Below, in pieces: positions 35,780-43,575 of a DNA stretch of 64,000 nucleotides. The stretch's first letter is position 1. Every line of letters begins with the position of its first letter. This DNA comes from a virus. The notes beneath the pieces are model-generated. The model saw only the letters and a program-made list of their open reading frames with translations, searched no databases and was not told the origin of the DNA. The position numbers and the translations under genes are program-made. The stretch lies in the IMG/VR virus record IMGVR_UViG_3300045988_101835; one strand, given 5' to 3'.

Positions 35780-35899
35780 TGTATGGGACGCGCTTCTAAT
35801 ATAAAATCCATTTCGGTATTACAGGATGAAGTTGACATGATTGACTTCTCTGTTGCGGGTGCTCATTGCTACTATGCCAATGGTATGTTGGTCCATAAC
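35474..35899 (+). mobile_element. Split intein 2 in motif A (IntN 35474-35776, TAG, TGT, IntC 35783-35899)
   Basis: IntN (101 aa) starts CIHPDTLVSTPSGDVRIGDMV and contains SPDHRLW. IntC (39 aa) is MGRASNIKSISVLQDEVDMIDFSVAGAHCYYANGMLVHN, followed by C. Confidence 0.7.
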
Positions 35900-38707
35900 T
35901 GCTCTGAGGAAATCGCCCTTGTAGCTAACATGTCCCGTGAGGAGGGTTTCTTGTATCCGCTGCGTCATGATCTCGATGTCCATATGTACGTTGCGGAGAC
36001 GCGCTTCCATGTTTCGGACCCTGAGTTTCGTGATAAGTCTAAAGCTGTCTCGTTCGGTAAGATTTACGGTGGTGGTCCTACGATGATCGCTAACCGACTT
36101 GGTATTTCGAAGCAGGAGGCCAATAAGATCATCTATGACTACGATACGGGTATGCCTGTTTTTGCTAGGTGGCAGAAGGCTTTGCAGAAGCAGGCAAAAC
36201 GTACGGGTTTTGCTAAGACGTTCTTTGGGCGCACTATTTACTTGGCTCGGTGGTTTAATTCTCCGGATAACGGATTGCGCGCTTATGCTGACCGAGTTGC
36301 TCTCAACAGTCCAATTCAGGGTCCCACGCCCCCTAACACTCTGATTTTGACCACTTTAGGCTATGTTCCTATTAAGCATTTATATACCTTAGATGTTGCA
36401 GGGCAGCTTGCTCCATATGGTGTTAAGTGTTGGAATGGTGTTCGATGGTGCGATTTTCATGTTGTTGATGCGGGGTTAGGTGATATCCTTCGTTTTAAGT
36501 TCAAGCGTGGCAACTATGTTGACGTTGACGTTCGCCATCAGTTTAAGGTTTGGACTTCGGATGGGTGTGTTTTTGAGGATGCTACTAAGTTGTCGGTTGG
36601 GGATCGTGTTGCGGGGTCTTTGTGCCGTCGCCTTGAGTTCCCGGCACTGACGTTCTGTTGTTCTTCACAGTCGCGGTTGAAGGGTCTGCTTATCTCTCAT
36701 TCTCCCCGTACCCTTTCCTACGAGGATAGCGTGACTTTGATGTGGTGGGTCGGTTATGCTTTAGGTGATGGTAACTTTAGTACGCCTAATGCTATTCGGT
36801 TTACATTAGGGGCTACGGAGACTTTCCGGTATGACGATGCTTCGGCTTTCTTTCCGTCTATTGGTTGTACGGTTGGTAAGTTGAATCATTGTACGGCAGA
36901 TATGCCGGGGCGTAAGGGTGAGTGTTACACGTTCGTTGTGTATGGTGTCGATGTTATGCGGTGCTTGCGGCGCTTGGGTCTTGATTTTCGTTGGCGTCAT
37001 CACACTAAGCGCATTCCGTGGCGACTGTGTTGTTCGTCTATTGCCCAGCGCAAGGCTTTGGTTGATGGATTGTTTGCTTCAGATGGCTGTAAGACAGAGG
37101 AACAGTTCATGTGGCATATGTGCCAGTCGGACATTCTTCGTGACTTGCAGCGGTTGCTTCGGACTTTAGGGTTTGATAGTACTTTGTATGCTGCGCCAGA
37201 TGGTAAGTCCTATCGCTTGGTTGTGTGTGCGACTCAGGATTTCGCTCGGTTTATGGGTTATCCTTTGAAGGAGCAAGCGGGTCGTATTGGTCCGGGTCGC
37301 TGGAATGATCGTCGGATGGTTCCGTCGGTTTTGTGCCAGCGGTTTGTCTCTTGGCAGCAATCGCACGGAGGTCCGTCGCCTGATCTGCCCTCTAAGCGTC
37401 GCCAGTCGGATATGGCATTAATGAGTCGCCTTCGTCATGGTGGTTCTGTTTCGTTTTCGACTTTCGAGAGCTTGGCTTCGGATTATGGCTATACGGAGTA
37501 TCAGACGTGGGATGACTATCTGGAGGCTCAGGAGATCGTTGATATTGTTTCTTTGCCGCCGGAGAACTGCTATTGCCTTTCGTTGGATGATGAAAGCCAT
37601 TGCTACGACACGGATGGTCTTATTTCTCATAATTGTTTACCTCGGTCCTTGTATTCGCCGTCGCAGGATGGTAAGGTTTATTCTCCGTGGCAGTCGTTCG
37701 TCGGCCACCGTATGACTTTCCAGACTCGGTCGGACGGCGCACGTGTTGGCGTTCCTACGTTCCGGGGTGAGCACGACCTTCATGTTGCTTTGTTCGATAC
37801 GGGTGACTTCTGTGTTTGCAATCTGGGTCATAAGTTCGTTAAGTATGGTACGGATCGCGTCTTGCTTGGTTTGGATGAGATAGGTACTGCGCCTGTTGCT
37901 TTGATTCCGCCTATGCGCAAGAGTAAGTGGGGCTGGTTGAAGGGCTTGTTTAGTAGCCATAAGTGGACTTTGGAGTCGCTTCTTGCGCATGGTAAGATGG
38001 GCCGTGACATCCGCACGGACGATTGGGCTGTCTGCTGGTGTATGCTGAAGGCATTTATGACGCGAAAACGGGTCCATACGCGGTCGATGTTATCCGCAAT
38101 GATCCTACGGTCCATCTGCGATCTTTTCGGCTGGAATTTGGTCTACGATTTGCGCCATTCGGTTGTTGATGATTATGCTTTCAAGTTACGGTGGGGTCGT
38201 CGGCGTAAGGGTCACGCTATTTTCGCCACGGAACTTGGAATTCGGGATAACGTTATTTCTCCGTCCATGTCTTCGGGCCTTCAGACTTACCCGTTGTGTG
38301 GCTTCATTCATAAGAACACGGGTGGTGACTTGATTCGCCGTGACTTGGTTAAGTTCGAGCGTTTGAATGATCTGCTCCCGGAGTGGCGTGAGAACGTCCG
38401 CTTCGTGGTTACGGTTCACGATGAGGTCCAGTTCCGTGTTCGCCGTAAGTATTTGTTCAAGGCTATTCCTATCATCCAGAAGGTCATGAACTTCTGGCCT
38501 AAGAATTTTGAGACTCCGGTTGTTGTTGAGCCGGGTGTTGGTTTCCGCTGGGGCGGTGAGCTTGATATTGACGCTGTTCTGGATGACGGTCGTATTGTTC
38601 CTAAAGGTTACATGCCGCCGCCGGAGTACTTCGAGGGCCACGAGGTCTATTGGCTTCGTTCGTGGAAGGAGGAAGAGGAGAAGAAGCGTGGTTTGTCTAA
38701 GAAGTGA
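35783..38707 (+). CDS. Family-A DNA polymerase, C-terminal gene (IntC, motifs A-C, inteins 3 and 4)
   Basis: CSEEIALVANMS (rest of motif A), KAVSFGKIYGGG (motif B), NSPIQG / TGGDLIRR, VTVHDEVQF (motif C). Same frame as the N-terminal gene. Confidence 0.85.
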   Translation: MGRASNIKSISVLQDEVDMIDFSVAGAHCYYANGMLVHNCSEEIALVANMSREEGFLYPLRHDLDVHMYVAETRFHVSDPEFRDKSKAVSFGKIYGGGPTMIANRLGISKQEANKIIYDYDTGMPVFARWQKALQKQAKRTGFAKTFFGRTIYLARWFNSPDNGLRAYADRVALNSPIQGPTPPNTLILTTLGYVPIKHLYTLDVAGQLAPYGVKCWNGVRWCDFHVVDAGLGDILRFKFKRGNYVDVDVRHQFKVWTSDGCVFEDATKLSVGDRVAGSLCRRLEFPALTFCCSSQSRLKGLLISHSPRTLSYEDSVTLMWWVGYALGDGNFSTPNAIRFTLGATETFRYDDASAFFPSIGCTVGKLNHCTADMPGRKGECYTFVVYGVDVMRCLRRLGLDFRWRHHTKRIPWRLCCSSIAQRKALVDGLFASDGCKTEEQFMWHMCQSDILRDLQRLLRTLGFDSTLYAAPDGKSYRLVVCATQDFARFMGYPLKEQAGRIGPGRWNDRRMVPSVLCQRFVSWQQSHGGPSPDLPSKRRQSDMALMSRLRHGGSVSFSTFESLASDYGYTEYQTWDDYLEAQEIVDIVSLPPENCYCLSLDDESHCYDTDGLISHNCLPRSLYSPSQDGKVYSPWQSFVGHRMTFQTRSDGARVGVPTFRGEHDLHVALFDTGDFCVCNLGHKFVKYGTDRVLLGLDEIGTAPVALIPPMRKSKWGWLKGLFSSHKWTLESLLAHGKMGRDIRTDDWAVCWCMLKAFMTRKRVHTRSMLSAMILRSICDLFGWNLVYDLRHSVVDDYAFKLRWGRRRKGHAIFATELGIRDNVISPSMSSGLQTYPLCGFIHKNTGGDLIRRDLVKFERLNDLLPEWRENVRFVVTVHDEVQFRVRRKYLFKAIPIIQKVMNFWPKNFETPVVVEPGVGFRWGGELDIDAVLDDGRIVPKGYMPPPEYFEGHEVYWLRSWKEEEEKKRGLSKK
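36323..37633 (+). mobile_element. Intein 3 (437 aa) with LAGLIDADG homing endonuclease; Pro at position 1
   Basis: Inserted after PIQG. Block A-like PTPPNTLILTTLGYVPIKHL, block B VDVRHQF. LAGLIDADG motifs WVGYALGDGNF and LVDGLFASDG. Block F CYCLSL, ending DGLISHN followed by C. Confidence 0.65.
37634..38317 (+). mobile_element. Intein 4 (228 aa) directly abutting intein 3
   Basis: Starts CLPRSLYSPSQDGKVYSPW. Block B is CNLGHKFV. Degenerate LAGLIDADG-like GWLKGLFSS. Ends CGFIHKN followed by T of the extein TGGDLI. Confidence 0.55.
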
Positions 38708-38719
38708 GTACGTTGATTT

Positions 38720-38944
38720 ATGGAGTGCTGTTACAGTCCCGGCGACTTGGTTTCCGGCAGTTGGGTTGCCGTGGGGACGTTTAAGTCTTGCGGTGCAGTT
38801 TGTGGGAGTTACATTTGCCTTCTTTCGGATATGTCGGAGGTTCGTCTCTATTGGGATGGCTCCGGCTTTTTGAAGGACTTGGGTTCCTTTTACGTGGCGG
38901 CGCTGGAGGAGGATTTTGTAGTTTCGGTTTTATGCACGATGTAG
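38720..38944 (+). CDS. Small Cys-rich hypothetical protein
   Basis: 74-aa ATG-initiated ORF after the pol gene. Confidence 0.35.
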   Translation: MECCYSPGDLVSGSWVAVGTFKSCGAVCGSYICLLSDMSEVRLYWDGSGFLKDLGSFYVAALEEDFVVSVLCTM

Positions 38945-39017
38945 GTATGCATGAGTTTGTAGCAGATTGGGAGTTGGTTATTATTCCTGTTGAGGAATGT
39001 TTTAATAGTGAGGTGGT

Positions 39018-39329
39018 ATGGGCTTTTTAAGTGTGCTGGCATGGTGCTTGGGTAGTTACTATGCCCTTTCGTACTTTGTTTTCGTTCTTATTCTTTGGAA
39101 TCTGAATGACATGTATAAGTCGGAGAATGGTATTCCGTGGGGTTATGCTAAGATAGTTGCCATTCCGTTTATAGGGTTCTGGCTCTTTGTTATGGTTGTC
39201 ATAGGGGACATTGCTCGCCATCGTGACAATGAGCTTCTGAAGGCTCAGAATGCTAAGGATCGAAATGGTTCTATGCACACCGGGTCGGACACTCGTTTCC
39301 ATCGTGGTGGAGGCGATACGGAGGATTAA
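39018..39329 (+). CDS. Small membrane protein
   Basis: 103 aa with two or three hydrophobic helices followed by a polar tail. Confidence 0.5.
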   Translation: MGFLSVLAWCLGSYYALSYFVFVLILWNLNDMYKSENGIPWGYAKIVAIPFIGFWLFVMVVIGDIARHRDNELLKAQNAKDRNGSMHTGSDTRFHRGGGDTED

Positions 39330-39437
39330 CTGGTGTTGTGTGGCCGGCGTCGCATTAAAGTGCAAAATTGTATATAGCTGTATGCTAAAGATGGGAATCT
39401 TTGGCTGTTGGGATAAAAAATAGGCGTTCTGTCTGTT

Positions 39438-39466
39438 CCTCCGCGAATTCTTTGCGGAGGTTTTTT
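39438..39466 (+). terminator. Intrinsic terminator
   Basis: CCTCCGC-gaattcttt-GCGGAGG followed by T6. Confidence 0.75.
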
Positions 39467-39471
39467 GTTGA

Positions 39472-40729
39472 GGTAATCATATACAATTTTATTCTGCCGT
39501 TTGTAATAGACGTAAAATAATTATAACTTGCAGCCATGAAGAAGACATTCAAATATCGCATCTACCCGAACAAAGCCCAGCAGGCTTTGTTACAGGCGAC
39601 GTTTGGATGCTGCCGCTTCGTTTACAACAAAACGCTTGATATTAGGAAGACGGCTTACGAGACCGACAAGATGAAGCTTAGTAAGTTCGATTGCATCAAT
39701 CGGATGACTGCGTTGAAGGATGAGTATACGTGGTTGCGTGCCGTTCCTGCGGTTTGCTTGGTTCAGGCTGTTGACAACATGGATACAGCCTACCAAAACT
39801 TCTTCAAATCTGGTAAAGGTTATCCGAAGTTTAAGTCGAAGCATCGTAGCCGTAAGTCCTGTAAGTTTATGGTGCCTAAGTGTGTTGTATTGCAAGATAT
39901 TAGTCGTTTAAAGCTTTCTAAGTTAGGGTTAGTCAAGTACAAGAAAGACCGGGAGTTCGTTGGCGCTTTGCGTCACATTGTGGTTACACAAGAAAACGAT
40001 GGTAAGTACTACGCGTCGTGCTTGGTGGAGACGGGCGTTGAAGCACCTAAGCCAAAGCCCGTTGATGATAGCACAACGGTCGGCATTGACTTGGGGCTGA
40101 AAGACTTTATCGTCACGTCCGACGGGCGCAAGATACCTAACCCGCGCTTTTATGCTACTATTGACCGACGCATAGCTAGGTTACAGAAGCATGAAGCACG
40201 AAAGACGAAAGGCTCGAAGCGTCGTGCCCGCATTCGCTTAAAGATTAACAAACTTTATATCAAGAAGCAAAACTTAATTAAGAATTATATTTACCATGCC
40301 GTCAAGACGTTACTGCGTGAGAGTCAAACGATAGTAATGGAGAATCTTAATGTTGGCGGCATGGTTAAGAATCATAGTTTAGCTAAATCCATACAGAACA
40401 TTTGCTGGGGTGAACTTCGCAGAGTGTTAGAGTATAAGTCTCAATGGCTTGGTCATAACCTTATTTTCATAGATCGTTGGGCACCGAGTACGAAGACTTG
40501 TAGTTGTTGCGGCTTTAAGAATGATATATTAACACTTTCAGATCGTTCGTGGACATGTCCGGGTTGTGGTACGCATCACGACAGAGATGTTAACGCTGCC
40601 CTCAACATTAAGCGTATGGGTTTAGAAAAGTTATTGCCTACGGTGAGTGGGTTCGACGGACGTGGAGAGATCGGTTACGATCTCGACGAAGCGTCAATAT
40701 GTGCAAGTTATTAATTGTATATAATCACC
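39472..40729 (+). mobile_element. TnpB-only IS element, copy 2 (about 1258 bp)
   Basis: Left end GGTAATCATATACAATTTT matches the reverse complement of the right end, GGTGATTATATACAATTAA, at about 16 of 18 positions. It sits between a terminator and an early promoter. Confidence 0.7.
39536..40714 (+). CDS. tnpB: TnpB (RuvC-type RNA-guided nuclease)
   Basis: 392 aa with the same motif set as copy 1 (VGIDLG, VMENLN, CSCCGF..CPGCG, HDRDVNAALN). Confidence 0.9.
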   Translation: MKKTFKYRIYPNKAQQALLQATFGCCRFVYNKTLDIRKTAYETDKMKLSKFDCINRMTALKDEYTWLRAVPAVCLVQAVDNMDTAYQNFFKSGKGYPKFKSKHRSRKSCKFMVPKCVVLQDISRLKLSKLGLVKYKKDREFVGALRHIVVTQENDGKYYASCLVETGVEAPKPKPVDDSTTVGIDLGLKDFIVTSDGRKIPNPRFYATIDRRIARLQKHEARKTKGSKRRARIRLKINKLYIKKQNLIKNYIYHAVKTLLRESQTIVMENLNVGGMVKNHSLAKSIQNICWGELRRVLEYKSQWLGHNLIFIDRWAPSTKTCSCCGFKNDILTLSDRSWTCPGCGTHHDRDVNAALNIKRMGLEKLLPTVSGFDGRGEIGYDLDEASICASY

Positions 40730-40745
40730 CTTTGTTTGTAGAATA
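40637..40745 (+). ncRNA. Putative omega-RNA scaffold plus guide, copy 2
   Basis: Stem-loops CCTAC-ggtga-GTGGG and a perfect GAGATCG-gtta-CGATCTC. Both carry compensatory changes relative to other copies. Confidence 0.45.
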
Positions 40746-40777
40746 TTTGGATTATTAATTTAACTTTACTATCTTTG
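40746..40777 (+). promoter_or_regulatory. Bacteroides-type promoter (-33 TTTG / -7 TAtcTTTG)
   Basis: TTTG at 40746-40749, 20-nt spacer, TAnnTTTG at 40770-40777. Confidence 0.6.
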
Positions 40778-40820
40778 TGGTGTGGTAATAGTGCCGCGCA
40801 TAACTAATTTGGATTGTATC

Positions 40821-41156
40821 ATGCCTAAGCGTAAGATTTCCGTCGGCTCTTATGTCTATTTGCCGCTTCCGGGTATTCAGAGTTGTTCTTTAGGAGTTTG
40901 TGCTCGTGTCGTCTTGTTGTACTCCACTCCTTGTGAGGAGTGCGTTGCCGTTGGGGATCGTTATTATGATCCTGTTTCGGGTGAGTCGGGCGACCTGTCT
41001 TCTCATTCGCATATTGTAGTTCGTCCTGCGAGTTACTTGACGGGATATGGCCTTGAGGATTGCCAGCAAGTTGTTGCGATCTTTTCGCGGAGCATGATAA
41101 GCCCTACGAAGCCGTCTCCGTCTATTGTTCGTTTAGCACGTTATGCAGGAGTCTAG
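40821..41156 (+). CDS. Hypothetical early protein
   Basis: ATG at 40821 within ORF 40782..41156. Confidence 0.5.
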   Translation: MPKRKISVGSYVYLPLPGIQSCSLGVCARVVLLYSTPCEECVAVGDRYYDPVSGESGDLSSHSHIVVRPASYLTGYGLEDCQQVVAIFSRSMISPTKPSPSIVRLARYAGV

Positions 41157-41159
41157 GCT

Positions 41160-41594
41160 ATGGAGTCGAGAGCTACTTTTCTAGATTTTCACAATCTGGT
41201 CCGAGCTTATTATGGTCCGTATGTGGATTCGAAGCCGCTGTTGCGTTCGGATGCTGCGTCGGGTGCTCATTGCTTCGACTTCTTAGCGTGTAGCTTTCTG
41301 CCGCATTCTCTGGAGCGTGTTTTGGTTCGTGTGACGGCTATCACTAGACCGTGGGGTTATTCTGAGGTTTTGTCCGCCTGCTTAGACGCTTATGATATCA
41401 ATTCTCTACGTGTTTCCTTAGAGTGCGGGAACTATCGTTGTGAGTGGATCTATTCGGATTTAGTGTCTGGTTCGGTATTAGAGCGTCTGTTCGATGTCTG
41501 TGCTATGCTTCCTACGCTTAAGTCTGCTTATGATGTTGTCACGCTGCATCGTCGTCTTAGTTTGGTTCTGCGGTCTTGGGGTTATACGAAGTAG
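41160..41594 (+). CDS. Hypothetical early protein
   Basis: 144-aa ORF. Confidence 0.5.
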   Translation: MESRATFLDFHNLVRAYYGPYVDSKPLLRSDAASGAHCFDFLACSFLPHSLERVLVRVTAITRPWGYSEVLSACLDAYDINSLRVSLECGNYRCEWIYSDLVSGSVLERLFDVCAMLPTLKSAYDVVTLHRRLSLVLRSWGYTK

Positions 41595-41602
41595 TCTTTG
41601 CT

Positions 41603-42148
41603 ATGGATTCCTATCGCCGCATACCGTTGTCTAAGCCTTTTGAGGGTGCCCGGAGGATTTCTCCGGAGCTTTACATGTCGGGAGTTGCTTCGGCCTTTCT
41701 GGGTTATCAACTTGGTCGCACTAAGAGCGTAGATGACTTTTACCGTATCTTGGAGGATCACTTAATTTCGGTCCGCAATGTTTGGCGGTCGCCGGATTAT
41801 GATGCTAGCCGTGTAGTGTGCTGCTTTGTGAAGTTGGAGTCGCAGGCTATTTCCGTCAACCATCGTGAGATTATGCGCGTTCTTAGTTCTGCTTTGGGTC
41901 TTGAGTACCGGGAGGTCCGTGGTACTACGTCTCGTAATGCTCGCATCTTTGATGTTATGGGTCCGGACTATTCGGTTTTGGCTTTCTTGCCGCTCTTTAG
42001 CTACACGTTGATTTCGTATGATCGTATAACACGTAGGGTCATTAAGAACATGCGTGGGGATCGTTTTGCGAAGTTTGCATGGCGTGCGGATTTCACTTCG
42101 GAGTTTCTCCGCCGCATTCAGGAGATAGTGTTGAATGTTTTAAAGTGA
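41603..42148 (+). CDS. Hypothetical early protein
   Basis: ATG at 41603 within ORF 41576..42148. Confidence 0.5.
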   Translation: MDSYRRIPLSKPFEGARRISPELYMSGVASAFLGYQLGRTKSVDDFYRILEDHLISVRNVWRSPDYDASRVVCCFVKLESQAISVNHREIMRVLSSALGLEYREVRGTTSRNARIFDVMGPDYSVLAFLPLFSYTLISYDRITRRVIKNMRGDRFAKFAWRADFTSEFLRRIQEIVLNVLK

Positions 42149-42160
42149 GTTTTGGGTAAT

Positions 42161-42568
42161 ATGGATTCTGCTTTTTTCAGGTCTAATGTCAACTTCTGTG
42201 CTGAGTCGCATTTGGATACTGTTAATTATTCACAGGAGTATGCTGATAATAATTTTCGTCTTTTCGGCAATAAGCTTTCTCTTATTGAGGGTAAGCTTGA
42301 TGCATGGCGCGCTTGTGGTTTCCGCGATGCACTTGGGGCTTTCAAGGTTCTTCGTATGATTAGAGCTTTGTGCGGGGACGGGCGCCTTACGAAGCTTGGC
42401 TGTAGTGGCGCTTTGCTTACATACGGAGATTATACTATGAGCCTTAATAGGTATGTGTTTTTGCTTTGCCATAACGACAAGGTTCTTTTTCGGTGGTTTA
42501 CTTTGGACTATGACTGGATTTACCTGTTGCCGTCATTGTTGGGTTTAGATATTGAGAGTCATGAATAA
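42161..42568 (+). CDS. Hypothetical early protein
   Basis: ATG at 42161 within ORF 42152..42568. Confidence 0.5.
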   Translation: MDSAFFRSNVNFCAESHLDTVNYSQEYADNNFRLFGNKLSLIEGKLDAWRACGFRDALGAFKVLRMIRALCGDGRLTKLGCSGALLTYGDYTMSLNRYVFLLCHNDKVLFRWFTLDYDWIYLLPSLLGLDIESHE

Positions 42569-43028
42569 GGAACTGTTGTGTGTATCGGCCATTAGGTTTG
42601 CCTGTGGTCCTCGGGGTTCACGCCTTATGGATAGCAGCTTTGCTGCGCAGGTTGTTGACTTGAGTCTTCGAAGGTTCGGGGCGTCCTTGCGCCCGCTTCG
42701 TGAGTTCTGCTTCTACGCTTCGCCTGCTAATATTCCTTTGGCTGCTTACGATCTTAGAGATATTGCTTATCTGATTTCGGCGTTTCTTTTAGATTATGAT
42801 ATCAAGCCACTGCATAAGGTTTCGTCATTAGATGATACTGCAGATTGGAGTGTTCAGCATGGTGACTTGGTGGTTCGTATTTCTACGGATCAGATTCGGT
42901 TTTTTGATTTGTCATCTTCGGAGTCTTTCATTCTGGGTGTAGACACAGGCGCTTGGTTGATCTGGATTCATTTAATTCCTTATATCTTTGGATTAATGGA
43001 TGGCGCATACGTAGATGATATTGTCTAA
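42561..43028 (+). CDS. Hypothetical early protein
   Basis: ATG at 42561, overlapping the previous stop by 8 nt. Confidence 0.5.
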   Translation: MNKELLCVSAIRFACGPRGSRLMDSSFAAQVVDLSLRRFGASLRPLREFCFYASPANIPLAAYDLRDIAYLISAFLLDYDIKPLHKVSSLDDTADWSVQHGDLVVRISTDQIRFFDLSSSESFILGVDTGAWLIWIHLIPYIFGLMDGAYVDDIV

Positions 43029-43047
43029 CTGTTTATGATGATATTCT

Positions 43048-43368
43048 ATGGCTTATCGAGGATATAAGTTTGTGCGTACTGAGGGTTCTGGGGCTGAGTT
43101 GGTTCCGGTTAAGTATTCCACGGCGATTACGCAGTTGGTTCCGGGTGATCGCTATTTGCTTCACGCTCCGGTTCGTGTTTTGAATGCGGGTCAGTGGGTT
43201 ACGGGTCAGTATGTTGATACGACTTTAGCAGGTATGGCGCGTTTTACGGCGTTGTGTGGCTCGGCCGATACCATTGCTCGCTTGGTTCCGGATGACGATG
43301 GTCTTTTCCCTTATCCGGAGGCGGATTTGCTTAGTAGCAAGACGTTCGTTCCGACATATGGTCTTTAG
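43048..43368 (+). CDS. Hypothetical protein
   Basis: 106-aa ORF followed by a terminator. Confidence 0.5.
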   Translation: MAYRGYKFVRTEGSGAELVPVKYSTAITQLVPGDRYLLHAPVRVLNAGQWVTGQYVDTTLAGMARFTALCGSADTIARLVPDDDGLFPYPEADLLSSKTFVPTYGL

Positions 43369-43377
43369 TGCAGCTTA

Positions 43378-43407
43378 GGACGGAGGTTTATCCTCCGTCT
43401 TTTTTTT
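43378..43407 (+). terminator. Intrinsic terminator
   Basis: GGACGGAGG-tttat-CCTCCGTCT followed by T8. Confidence 0.75.
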
Positions 43408-43417
43408 CTATTGGTCT

Positions 43418-43452
43418 GGTTTTCCTTCGTGGGTTTTCCTTCGTGGGTTTCC
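43418..43452 (+). repeat. Tandem 14-mer GGTTTTCCTTCGTG x2 plus a partial third copy
   Basis: Perfect tandem copies at 43418-43431 and 43432-43445. Shares the CCTTCGT core with the repeats at 7683, 7775 and 9974. Confidence 0.7.
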
Positions 43453-43508
43453 TCCTTTTTCTTTTCGTCTTTTGCCTGCATCTTCTGGAGGTGTTTGTCC
43501 TAGTTTTC

Positions 43509-43534
43509 CGGCCCGGTTTTTCCGGGCCGTTTTT
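43509..43534 (+). terminator. Second intrinsic terminator
   Basis: CGGCCCGG-ttttt-CCGGGCCG followed by T5. Confidence 0.7.
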
Positions 43535-43540
43535 GTTGTT

Positions 43541-43554
43541 GCAATTATATATCC
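43541..43554 (+). promoter_or_regulatory. Late-gene motif GCAATTATATATCC
   Basis: Exact copy 6 nt after the terminator and 21 nt before the GTG at 43576. Confidence 0.45.
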
Positions 43555-43575
43555 GATAAATAAAAATAGTTCGTT

